Assembly: GCF_965263005.1 (NCBI RefSeq)
Contig: NZ_OZ253579.1
Span: 1,731,668 to 1,795,667 of the forward strand
Direction of reading: 5' to 3'
DNA length: 64,000 bases
Origin: Candidatus Rariloculus sp.
GTDB taxonomy: Bacteria; Pseudomonadota; Gammaproteobacteria; Steroidobacterales; Rariloculaceae
The notes under the pieces were generated by a model, which was not told the origin of the DNA, made no database searches, and saw only the letters and a list, made by a program, of their open reading frames with translations. Made by a program: the position numbers and the translations under genes. How positions within the stretch are numbered: position 1 is the first letter of the stretch; each line of letters starts with the position of its first letter. Shown one piece after another: positions 53,911 through 62,677 of the stretch.

Positions 53911-54871
53911 CCAACCTACCCTGCCACCATAAACCGCCGTAAACGTTGGCGATGAACCGGTCGCGGTTGTGGCCCCATGCCGCATCGAACTCGGCCGTCA
54001 CGCCGGCGGCGACCATCTCTTCCACGCTCTTTCCCTGTCGCATCAGGGTCGCCACGCGTTCGCGAACGGTGGAGATCATCTCGACCTGTTCCTCGAGGTG
54101 GTCGCGCGACTGCGCGGGCCCGGCGCCCGGCACGATAATCGTGTCGCTGTCGCTCATGTCGATGAGTTTCTGCGTCGCGTCCATCAAGCCGCCGATCCAG
54201 CCGCCCGTTGCGTAGTCGAGGACGGGATACGCGCCGGCCGAGACGGCGCCACCCGTGGCAATGACGTTGCGCTTGAGGAAAAAGACATAGATATCGCCGT
54301 CGGTGTGGGCTTCGCGAAGATGCCCGTACTCGATCCGTTCGTCACCGAGATCGAGTGCGATCGGCTGCGGGTCCGACGAAAAAAACGTCTCCGTCGGCAG
54401 GGCGGCGGCCGGCCGTGGCTCGTAGGTGCGATCCTGCCAGTCGACATAATATTCCGTGCTCATCCACAGCCGGGTGTTCTCGTGCGCGACGATTTTCGCG
54501 CCTTGCCGGCCGAAAGTCTCGTTCGCACCCGTGTGCGCGGTGTGCCAATGGGTATTGAACAGCACGTCGACGGGCGCATCGCCGAGCATCGCGGTGACGC
54601 GCCCGATGAGCCCGGCCGCGTTTTCGGGCGAGCCGCTGTCGACGAGTACGGTACCGCCCGTGCCCTGCAGGAGCAGCACGTTTCCGCCCGCGCCCGTGAT
54701 CTGGGTGAGACCGTCTCGCAACGCGAGCGCGGCGATCGGCCCGGATCCGGATTGAGCGAAGGCGGAGCGCGTGAGGCCGCCGAGCCCGGTGCACGCCGCC
54801 GACGCGCACGCTGTGCCCAGGGCAAGCCGCAGAAAGCCGCGCCGGTCTTCGTGAGCAGCCATGGGGGTCAT
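53897..54871 (-). CDS. Tat-signal MBL-fold metallo-hydrolase
   Basis: In ORF 53897..54964. M(TP)MAAHEDRRGFLRLALG (twin-Arg). VLVDSG...LFNTHWHTAHTG (HxHxxH variant) ...HTDGD. The stop overlaps the downstream start by 14 nt. Confidence 0.8.
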   Translation of the reverse strand: MTPMAAHEDRRGFLRLALGTACASAACTGLGGLTRSAFAQSGSGPIAALALRDGLTQITGAGGNVLLLQGTGGTVLVDSGSPENAAGLIGRVTAMLGDAPVDVLFNTHWHTAHTGANETFGRQGAKIVAHENTRLWMSTEYYVDWQDRTYEPRPAAALPTETFFSSDPQPIALDLGDERIEYGHLREAHTDGDIYVFFLKRNVIATGGAVSAGAYPVLDYATGGWIGGLMDATQKLIDMSDSDTIIVPGAGPAQSRDHLEEQVEMISTVRERVATLMRQGKSVEEMVAAGVTAEFDAAWGHNRDRFIANVYGGLWWQGRLDGSL

Positions 54872-54964
54872 TCCGCGTGACTGCGTCGGGTGTTCCAGCG
54901 GATCAGGTCTGCGGCGCGCGACGTGAACCCCGGTCGGCGCCGCGGACGCGCGTCCGTGATGCAT

Positions 54965-56083
54965 CTACTCCCCCGCGTTGATGTCGAAGAAGTCGATCGA
55001 TTCCGGGTCTTCGATGTACGTTTCCTCGTGAATCGGGGTGACGCGCTCGGGAATCGGATCGCCATTGGCTATCGCCTCGGCGACACGCTGCTCGAAGTCG
55101 CGCTCGCCCGTGAGCGAGTTGCGCACCGCACCGTTGCCTTCATGACACGAGTATTCGTAGATCCGGTAGCCGGGCTGAGTCGTGTACATCATCCGGACCG
55201 TAAGGGGCGCCGTGTAGGTGACCGGATCCTCGATGGTCGCGACGTACTCGATCATTTCCGGATCGACGCGCGTGAACCGCTCCATGATCGTCATCGCTTC
55301 GCTGTGACGCGTGCCGTTGCCGTTGCCGCCGATGCTGGTCATGTCGGTGAGGTTCCGCGTCTCGACAACGAGCGTGTCGCCGTCCCAGTAACCGCGGGAA
55401 TTGCCGAGGTACTGCCGGACGCCGTCGTCCATGTGCGGCCGCTCGCCGAGCTTGATGACGCGCGTGTCGTGAATCATCTCGTAGGAGATTGCGACAGAGT
55501 CCACGGTCTGAACTACTCTGAGCCCGTTGCCGTAAACGACGGGGAACTGCGAGCCGAGTATCCCGCGCGTGATGCACCGGTCGTAGAGCGTGAAGTCCTC
55601 CAGACTGTCGAATGGACCTGGCCCGAAGCTGCCGCGGTCGCTCGGTGCGGCGCGCGCGAGTCCCGCCTCGGTCATCGCGGGCGTCCGCCCGTCCGACGGG
55701 TCGATGACGAGCGACGTGTACCCGAACGTCCGCGTGCCAGCCTCACCACGGCGCGAGAAGCCCTGCTCGTTGACGTGGAAATTCCGCGTTTCCTCGTCCG
55801 CCGCGGCGCGCTCGGCGAACTCTTCCGGTGTGAGTTTCTGACGGTCGCCGAATTGCGCGGGGCGTTCGCGCGGCACGCTGCGCATGTCGTCCGTGCTCCA
55901 GGTCCCTTCGAGGCTCGGGTGACCCCATGACGTCCGTGGTACTTGCCAGGCCGGATCGACGATGGCCGCAGCCGACGCCTCGGCCGGAACCTGGCCGCTG
56001 CCGACTTGCGCGTTTACGGCGCTCGCAGCGAGCGCTGCGGCGATCACGGCGGATATATACGGTGTTCGTGGTTCCTTGCGCAT
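54965..56083 (-). CDS. secreted 'GxWxGDTLV' two-Cys module protein (family member P5)
   Basis: 372-aa ORF with signal peptide. LYDRCITRG...NSRGYWDGDTLVVETRNL...HSEAMTIMERFTRVD...YEYSCHEGN. Confidence 0.8.
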   Translation of the reverse strand: MRKEPRTPYISAVIAAALAASAVNAQVGSGQVPAEASAAAIVDPAWQVPRTSWGHPSLEGTWSTDDMRSVPRERPAQFGDRQKLTPEEFAERAAADEETRNFHVNEQGFSRRGEAGTRTFGYTSLVIDPSDGRTPAMTEAGLARAAPSDRGSFGPGPFDSLEDFTLYDRCITRGILGSQFPVVYGNGLRVVQTVDSVAISYEMIHDTRVIKLGERPHMDDGVRQYLGNSRGYWDGDTLVVETRNLTDMTSIGGNGNGTRHSEAMTIMERFTRVDPEMIEYVATIEDPVTYTAPLTVRMMYTTQPGYRIYEYSCHEGNGAVRNSLTGERDFEQRVAEAIANGDPIPERVTPIHEETYIEDPESIDFFDINAGE

Positions 56084-56229
56084 GGCAACGTACCTGCTTT
56101 AATTCCGCTCCATCCCAGATTCGATGGTAGCAGAGAATCGGGCGATTTCGCGGGCTGGCGCTGGGTTCTTAACGTGATCTTGAGCTATATGGGCTAAACT
56201 AGCCCGGAACTCGAAAGGGGTCCTACGCA

Positions 56230-56559
56230 ATGTCTGACGATCGGAAGAACCTCGATCGCCGCTCGTTCACGGGTGGTGTGCTTGGCGCCACCCCAGGCAT
56301 CGGTGCCGCCGCATTGCTGGCTGATGAGCCGAAGGCCCAGCAACCCGCTGCGCCGCGCAGCGCCAATGCCCGCGAGGGCGAGGGCTACCTGATGGGTGTG
56401 GCGACGCGCAACGACGAGAACGACCGCGCGGATCTCGTGATCCTCGATGCCGAGCACATCGCCGACGGCCCCGTCGCGACGGTCAAGCTGCCGATGCGGG
56501 TCGTGGGCCAGGTGCACGGCTGGTGGGTGCCGGAAGCGCAGCTTCCGGCGGCATCCTGA
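56230..56559 (+). pseudogene. carotenoid-oxygenase (RPE65/CCO) family remnant: Tat-like N-terminus plus last ~55 aa only
   Basis: 109-aa ORF. DRRSFTGGVLGA, then EGEGYLMGVATRNDENDRADLVILDAEHIADGPVATVKLPMRVVGQVHGWWV, the conserved CCO C-terminus. About 370 aa of the beta-propeller are missing. Confidence 0.6.
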
Positions 56560-56653
56560 CTTTCATTCTTCAGCGGTCGCGAGGGCGGCCTTAGCGGATA
56601 GGCGGATGGCCTCAGGCGTCTCCCTGGGAAAATACTTAACGGCGGAACAGGAT

Positions 56654-57718
56654 ATGAGTCAAGCAAGAAATATTATCGAACAGCTAATCAATGCCGCAGG
56701 CGGCGCGAACGGTTCGGGCCGGCGCGGTAGCGGCGGCGTGCGTCGCCCGAGCGGTTCGCAAGGCACCGCGATCGCGATCATCATTGGCATTGCGGTTGTG
56801 GCCTGGGCCGCGTTCAGCTCGTTTTATACGGTGCAGCCGGAGGAGCGGGCCGTCGTCAAGCGCTTCGGCAGCGTGATCGGCATCACCGATCCGGGACTGC
56901 ACTTCAAGCTGCCCTTCGGCGTCGATCAGGTGCAGGTCGTGGCCACCGAGCGCGTACTCAAGCAGGAATTCGGTTTCCGCACCGAGGATGCCACGCAGTT
57001 TCAGCGCACGCGCTTCTCGGCCGACGATTTTCCGGGCGAATCGTTGATGCTGACGGGCGATCTCAACATCATCCAGGTGGAATGGGTGGTGCAGTACCGG
57101 ATCGGCGACCCGATTCGTTTCCTGTACGGAATGCGGGACCCGACCGGCACGTTGCGCGATTTGTCGGAGTCGGCGATGCGGCGCATTGTCGGCAATCGCA
57201 TCGGCAGCGACGTCCTGACCGTCGGCCGCGTCGATATCGCCAATACGGCGCGCGACGAGATTCAGGCCGCGATGGAACAGTACGAAAACGGGATCAGGAT
57301 CATTACCGTGGAGCTTCAGGACGTCGTGCCGCCGCCGCTCGTTCAGCCGGCCTTCAACGAGGTTAACGAAGCGCGCCAGGAGCTCGAGCGCATGATCAAC
57401 GAGGCGACGATGCAGGCCAATCAAGCGATCCCGCGAGCACGCGGCACGGCCAACAGGATCATCTCCGAGGCCGAGGGTTACGCGACCGAGCGCGTCAACC
57501 GCGCCTTGGGCGAAACGGCGCGCTTCACGGCCGTGTTGTTCGAATATCGCAACGTGCCTGATGTCACGCGCTCGCGCCTGTATCTGGAAACGCTGAACGA
57601 GGCGCTGCCGAGGATTGGCCGCGTGCTTGTGGTGCAGGATGACCAGATTTCGCCGCTGCCGTTGCTCAATCTCCCCGACCCGCAGCCCCGAGCACAAAAC
57701 CTGGAGGCAGGCCGATGA
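56654..57718 (+). CDS. hflK: FtsH protease modulator HflK
   Basis: In ORF 56447..57718. ATG 56654. TM helix, then SFYTVQPEERAVVKRFGSV...GLHFKLPFGVD (SPFH/band-7). Confidence 0.88.
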   Translation: MSQARNIIEQLINAAGGANGSGRRGSGGVRRPSGSQGTAIAIIIGIAVVAWAAFSSFYTVQPEERAVVKRFGSVIGITDPGLHFKLPFGVDQVQVVATERVLKQEFGFRTEDATQFQRTRFSADDFPGESLMLTGDLNIIQVEWVVQYRIGDPIRFLYGMRDPTGTLRDLSESAMRRIVGNRIGSDVLTVGRVDIANTARDEIQAAMEQYENGIRIITVELQDVVPPPLVQPAFNEVNEARQELERMINEATMQANQAIPRARGTANRIISEAEGYATERVNRALGETARFTAVLFEYRNVPDVTRSRLYLETLNEALPRIGRVLVVQDDQISPLPLLNLPDPQPRAQNLEAGR

Positions 57719-58659
57719 GCAAGCTGACCGTACCCGTAGTTGCGTTCGTCGTCGTGGCTTTCGTCGCGTTCAACGCCGCGTTCGTGATCGATCAGGCCGA
57801 ACAGGGCATTCTCGTTCAGTTCGGCGAGCCGATCGGCGATGTAATCACGGAGCCCGGGCTGCACTGGCGCGTGCCGTTCATTCAGGAGGTCCGCCGCTTC
57901 GACCGGCGGCTGCTCGCTTGGGACGGCGCCGTCAGCCAGATTCCGACGCTCGGGCGCGAGTTCATCTTCGTCGATACGACGGCGCGTTGGCGGATCGCCG
58001 ACCCGCTGCAATTCCTGCGCTCGGTTCGTGACGAGGTCGGCGCCCGCACAAGGCTCGACGACATCCTCGATTCGGTCGCGAGAGACATCGTGTCCGGCAC
58101 CGATCTCGAGGAGATCGTCCGCTCGGCCGACTGGCAGGTCGACGTTGAGGGGCTTGACGAGGAGGAGCTCAGCGCGCTCGGCGCAGCGAATCTCGATCGA
58201 CCGACGAAAGGGCGCCAGCAACTCGAGCAGGAGATGCTCGCATCGGCGTCGCGGCTCATGCCCCAACTCGGCATCGAGCTCGTCGACGTCAGGATCAAAC
58301 GGATCAACTATATCGATTCCGTCCGCGAGCAGGTCGAGAGCCGGATGATCTCCGAGCGGCAGAGCATCGCGGCTCGCTTCCGTTCGGAGGGCCAGGGCAG
58401 AAGCCAGGAAATTCTGGGCGACATGGAGCGGGAGCTTCGCACTATCACGTCGGAGGCCGAGCGCACGGCTCAGGAGATCATCGGCGAGGCCGATGCCGAG
58501 GCCACGCGAATCTACGGTGTGGCCTACGGCGAGGATCCCGAGTTCTACAACTTCTCAAGGACGCTCGAGAGCTATGGCGCGCTCGGCGAGAATACGACGT
58601 TGATGATCAGGGCGGAGTCCGATTTCTTCCGTTACCTGGAGTCTACGACGCGGCCCTGA
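57715..58659 (+). CDS. hflC: FtsH protease modulator HflC
   Basis: 314-aa ORF. ATGA overlap with hflK. FVIDQAEQGILVQFGEPIGDVITEPGLHWRVPFIQEV (SPFH). Confidence 0.88.
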   Translation: MSKLTVPVVAFVVVAFVAFNAAFVIDQAEQGILVQFGEPIGDVITEPGLHWRVPFIQEVRRFDRRLLAWDGAVSQIPTLGREFIFVDTTARWRIADPLQFLRSVRDEVGARTRLDDILDSVARDIVSGTDLEEIVRSADWQVDVEGLDEEELSALGAANLDRPTKGRQQLEQEMLASASRLMPQLGIELVDVRIKRINYIDSVREQVESRMISERQSIAARFRSEGQGRSQEILGDMERELRTITSEAERTAQEIIGEADAEATRIYGVAYGEDPEFYNFSRTLESYGALGENTTLMIRAESDFFRYLESTTRP

Positions 58660-59877
58660 TCAGCCGGGCGCCGTCGGCCGGGTCCCGTCGGCCATGCCGG
58701 CACTGAACGCCGGCCGCGGCCGGCGTTGCTTGAGCAGTGGCGCGACGAGCCGCCGGTACGCGAGCGTCAGGCCCGTCCAGACCATGATCAGGCTCGTCAC
58801 AGACACGAGGCCTGCGATGGTCTGGCCGGTGATGCCGAGCGCCTCGCCCGTGTGCAAAAAGCGAATCCAGGAGCGCGCCTGCCTGCCTGTCGATTGGCTG
58901 TCGAAAGGCTGCCACTGCTCCACGTGTCCCGTGTAACGGTCGAGCGTCACGCGATGCCGTTTCTGCGGCTGGCCACCGTTGCCCTGATCGATCGTGAGCC
59001 GCGCCGTCGCTGAATCGGCGCGCGGCAGCTCGAGCGTAATCGTCTGCCAGCCGTCGAGCTGCATCGATGCTCGCTCGAACAGCGCGTCGAACGGTAGCGG
59101 CGCGAGCCTTGTCTCATATGCGCCGTGCGGACCGGCGTGCGCGGCAGTCGGTTCAACTGCGCGTCCGCCCGTCGGCCCGCCGCTCCCTGGCGGATTCTCG
59201 CCGACGCTCAGGTAGACGAGATCGTTGGCCCAACCGTACGAGAATACGACGGCCGTAGCGACGACGATGGCGAGCGGAATCGCCGACCAGATTCCGAAGA
59301 CATGATGCCAATTTAAATCACGCGCCTTGGCGGTGACGGCCTTCCCGTTGAAGAGCAGGCGTGTCTTGAACGCAACCCATTTGAACGACGGGGGTAGCCA
59401 GAGGTAGAACCCGCTCAATATCAGGAACAGAAACGCGAGATTGCTCGCGCCCGTGATCGCGCGCGGGATGGCGCGGTTCTCGCGGCTCGCGTTGAACCAG
59501 CGGTGCCAGCCCGTCATCGCGCCGAAGAAGCTGCGCAGCCGTTCGCCGCCTGGCTCGAAGACCTCGCCGCTGTAGCGGTCGATCCGCAGCGCGCTGGAGC
59601 GGCCCGCGCTGACTGTAGCCGGCGCGCGAGGATCAATCGACAGGCTCACCGAGGTCGCCTCGAAGTCAGGATCCTGCCCGCGCGCCGCATCGAGCAGTTC
59701 GGCAACCGGCAGCGGCGCCGCGCCGGGTCGCGGCTCGGCAAACTGTGCGCGGTCGACCCACGCCAGCATCTGCCGCTCGTAGGTCAGCACGACGCCTGTA
59801 GCTGACATCATGATCACGATGACGCCTGTCAGCACACCGCAGATGAGGTGAATCCAGAAAATTGTCTTGCGAAACAC
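58660..59877 (-). CDS. PepSY-associated TM-helix protein (PiuB/FoxB-like)
   Basis: In ORF 58660..59937 (TTG). GTG 59877 gives MFRKTIFWIHLICGVLTGVIVIMMSATGVVLTYERQ, the typical family N-terminus. C-terminal ...IRFLHTGEALG. Confidence 0.8.
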   Translation of the reverse strand: MFRKTIFWIHLICGVLTGVIVIMMSATGVVLTYERQMLAWVDRAQFAEPRPGAAPLPVAELLDAARGQDPDFEATSVSLSIDPRAPATVSAGRSSALRIDRYSGEVFEPGGERLRSFFGAMTGWHRWFNASRENRAIPRAITGASNLAFLFLILSGFYLWLPPSFKWVAFKTRLLFNGKAVTAKARDLNWHHVFGIWSAIPLAIVVATAVVFSYGWANDLVYLSVGENPPGSGGPTGGRAVEPTAAHAGPHGAYETRLAPLPFDALFERASMQLDGWQTITLELPRADSATARLTIDQGNGGQPQKRHRVTLDRYTGHVEQWQPFDSQSTGRQARSWIRFLHTGEALGITGQTIAGLVSVTSLIMVWTGLTLAYRRLVAPLLKQRRPRPAFSAGMADGTRPTAPG

Positions 59878-59933
59878 GGTTCTTGGGCGATTTGGTGGAA
59901 TTGGGAGCGGAGCGACCAGAAGTCGGCCCAATT

Positions 59934-59952
59934 GCAAATGGTTCTCATTTAC
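59934..59952. promoter_or_regulatory. weak Fur-box-like dyad
   Basis: GCAAATGGTTCTCATTTAC matches 12/19 of GATAATGATAATCATTATC, with an AAATG-N5-CATTT dyad. About 60 bp upstream of the GTG start of the PepSY-TM gene. Confidence 0.25.
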
Positions 59953-60055
59953 AAAAAATTCGGCCTGTCGGTCGGGAGGGCCGGATCGGAGGGCCGGCGT
60001 GCTTAGGACAGAAGCCGGTCAATCGCTATAATGCGGTCACGATCAAACGGACAGG

Positions 60056-60454
60056 TTGGGGCGCCCCGTGTACTTGAGACTCCTCCGAGCTCGCGCAAGG
60101 ATCGGCGCGCTCACGTTGGCCGCGGCGAGCTGGCCCGCATACGCTCATCACGGCGGCGCCGTCGAGTGGCAACAGAGCGTGCACGGCCCGGTCACAGGCT
60201 TTGCGACTGATTTCGCGTTCCGCTTTCCGCACGTCACTGTCTTCATCGATGTCAGCACTGACGGCGCCACCGAGAACTGGGCCGTCACGACGCGTTGGAC
60301 GCCGACGATCCTGCGACAGCACGGTTGGACTCGCAACTCGATCAAACCCGGCGATACGGTAACCGCGACTTACGCGCCGCACGTGACGAATTCGACGGTT
60401 GTGCAGATGCGCACGATCGAGGTGAACGGTGACGAGCTACCGCTGCAGTTCTGA
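60056..60454 (+). CDS. small secreted A|HH...PH module protein (divergent DUF6152-like)
   Basis: 132-aa ORF (TTG 60056, alternative GTG 60068). ...AAASWPAYA|HHGGAVEWQ...FRFPHVTVFIDV...QHGWTRNSIKPGDTV. A TATAAT lies at 60027-60032. Confidence 0.7.
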   Translation: MGRPVYLRLLRARARIGALTLAAASWPAYAHHGGAVEWQQSVHGPVTGFATDFAFRFPHVTVFIDVSTDGATENWAVTTRWTPTILRQHGWTRNSIKPGDTVTATYAPHVTNSTVVQMRTIEVNGDELPLQF

Positions 60455-61289
60455 CGGGTCCGCTCGACGGCGCGTGCGGACGTGCTTGTCTCGCGTTTGT
60501 ATCGTGAGCTTCGTCGCTGTGTTGTTCGTATTCGCCATTCCCCTTTCGTCGCCGGGCCAGCAGTCTCGAGACGCCTTCGACCCGCGCGATCTCGCCGGAC
60601 ACTGGGATCGCAGCACGCCGATCGAGTCTTTCGCCCCTACGCCTGGTGCAACGCGCGAGGCAAACGCCGCCGAAACCGCGCAAGCACCGTTCACGGTGCA
60701 GGGCAGGGCGCTGTTTGAGGCCAACATGCCGGGCTACGGACCGCGGCGCCAGATGCGACGGAACGACCCGCTCGGACGCTGCGAACCGATGGGCCTGCCG
60801 CGCCTGCTCAATGTCGAGATCGTCGCCCCGCACTCAACGTTCGAGATCGTGCAAACACCGGGGAGAATTCTGCAGTTCTTCGAGTACCGTCACGACTGGC
60901 GCGAGATCTGGATGGACGGCCGCTCGCTTCCGGCGCTCGAGGACACCTATCCGAAGTGGAATGGCTACTCGGTCGGCCGCTGGGAGGGCGACACCCTCGT
61001 CGTCGAGTCGATCGGATTCGACGATCGAAGCTGGCTCGACAAGCTCGGCTATCCGCATTCGGAGGCGATGCGCCTCGAGGAGCGGTATCGGCGTATCGAC
61101 GCCGATACGCTCGAGCTCACGATGACGAGCATCGATCCCGTCGTCTACAGCGAACCTTTCCGGAGCGACCGGAAACTGTTTCACTTGAATCGCGACAAGG
61201 CCGCTGGCTGGGACGAGCAGATTTACTGTATCCCTGCCGAAGAGATATCCTACCAGGACATCGTCGGAACAGGTAACACGATTGAGTGA
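60429..61289 (+). CDS. secreted 'GxWxGDTLV' two-Cys module protein (family member P6)
   Basis: 286-aa ORF. GAGG lies 7 nt before GTG 60429, which overlaps the upstream gene by 26 nt (alternative GTG 60474). LGRCEPMGLPR...WREIWMDGRS...YSVGRWEGDTLVVESIGF...HSEAMRLEERYRRID...QIYCIPAEE. Confidence 0.8.
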   Translation: MTSYRCSSDGSARRRVRTCLSRVCIVSFVAVLFVFAIPLSSPGQQSRDAFDPRDLAGHWDRSTPIESFAPTPGATREANAAETAQAPFTVQGRALFEANMPGYGPRRQMRRNDPLGRCEPMGLPRLLNVEIVAPHSTFEIVQTPGRILQFFEYRHDWREIWMDGRSLPALEDTYPKWNGYSVGRWEGDTLVVESIGFDDRSWLDKLGYPHSEAMRLEERYRRIDADTLELTMTSIDPVVYSEPFRSDRKLFHLNRDKAAGWDEQIYCIPAEEISYQDIVGTGNTIE

Positions 61290-61396
61290 GACGACGGGTA
61301 TGGAAGTTGGCCGCGCTACGCGATATGTTGCGGACTTTGCAGAATCAACGATAACAACAGTCCGGCCTCGATAGCCGGCTTTGGGGGGAGGGAGAC

Positions 61397-62632
61397 ATGA
61401 ATCAGACTGCGAACGGCAAATGGGATACGCGCTATGAATGGAAAGTCGTCACGTTACTCGGTATTGGATTTGGATTGGTGGGCCTCGATCGGTGGATCAT
61501 CGCGCCGCTCTTTCCATTCATCGCTCAGGATCTCGGCCTTGCTGAAGGCGACATAGGGAGGCTCGCAGGCGTCCTCGGGATACTGTGGGGCATATTTGCA
61601 ATCTTCTCGGGCCGTTTGTCGGACAAGATTGGCCATCGCAAGATCCTGATTCCAGCGATCGTCATTTTCTCGCTGATGTCGGGCCTGTCCGGCATGGTCC
61701 AGGGACTCACGGCGCTGATCGTCATTCGCGCTTTCATGGGCGCGATGGAAGGCTCTTATTGCCCCACGAGCTTCACAGCCGTCGCGGCCGCTTCGAAACC
61801 GAAACGCAGGGGCTTCAATCAGGGCATACAGCAAAGCGGCTTTCCGCTGCTGGGCCTGGCGCTCGGCCCGATCATCGCGACACAACTGTTGGAGTACATG
61901 TCGTGGCGCGGCGTGTTCTGGGTGGTTGCAATTCCAGGATTTATCATAGGCGCGTTGTTGTTTTTCGTTTTGCGCGAGCCGAAAGATACGCAGGCCGGAG
62001 AGATCATCGGCGCGACGCAGGCTGGCGGTAGCTGGTTCGAGGTCCTCAAGGCGCCGAATATCGTTGTCTGCATGCTCGCGCTGCTCTGCGCAATGGCCTG
62101 CATCTTCGTGCTCAGCGCGATGGTGCCTGTCTATCTTGTCAACGTGCAGCAATTGACGCCGGTACAAATGGGAATCGTTACTTCGGCGCTGGGATTTGGC
62201 GGATTTTTCGGTCAGTTCGGGTGGCCGGGTCTGTCCGACAAGTTCGGCCGCAAGCCGCTCGCTATCCTGGGCTTCATCGGCGCGACCATCACGGCGTGGT
62301 GGTTCTTCACCACGGGTGCGGTGATGCTGCCGCTGTTCGTTTCCTTGTTTATCTGCTCATTCTTCTGCCTGGGCAACATCGCGCTGATCACGGGACCCAT
62401 CGCGACGGAGTCCGCCCCGATCGGATTGATCTCGTCCGCCATCGGTATCGTCGTTGGCGCCGGGGAGATCTTCGGTGGCGGCGTTGCACCGTATCTCGCC
62501 GGCACCGTTGCAGATGCGTATGGATTGCCCAGCGTGTCCTATGTTGCGATTACGGGCGTCGCGCTCGGAATCGTGGTTTGCTTCTTCCTCAAGGAGACCG
62601 CGCCCAGTAAGGTCGCGGCCCAGGTAGCTTAG
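61397..62632 (+). CDS. MFS transporter
   Basis: 411-aa ORF with 12 predicted TM helices. GRLSDKIGHRK (MFS motif A-like, loop 2-3) and GLSDKFGRKP (loop 8-9). Confidence 0.85.
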   Translation: MNQTANGKWDTRYEWKVVTLLGIGFGLVGLDRWIIAPLFPFIAQDLGLAEGDIGRLAGVLGILWGIFAIFSGRLSDKIGHRKILIPAIVIFSLMSGLSGMVQGLTALIVIRAFMGAMEGSYCPTSFTAVAAASKPKRRGFNQGIQQSGFPLLGLALGPIIATQLLEYMSWRGVFWVVAIPGFIIGALLFFVLREPKDTQAGEIIGATQAGGSWFEVLKAPNIVVCMLALLCAMACIFVLSAMVPVYLVNVQQLTPVQMGIVTSALGFGGFFGQFGWPGLSDKFGRKPLAILGFIGATITAWWFFTTGAVMLPLFVSLFICSFFCLGNIALITGPIATESAPIGLISSAIGIVVGAGEIFGGGVAPYLAGTVADAYGLPSVSYVAITGVALGIVVCFFLKETAPSKVAAQVA

Positions 62633-62677
62633 CGGTAAAGGGTCCGATCGGACCAACACTGACGGAGTGGTGCAGAT

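Noticed and set aside
56654-58659. hflK-hflC as something unusual because hflX and hfq are not adjacent.
   Set aside because: Stand-alone hflKC pairs are common. Both proteins have ordinary SPFH features, and nothing in the sequence suggests a novel role.
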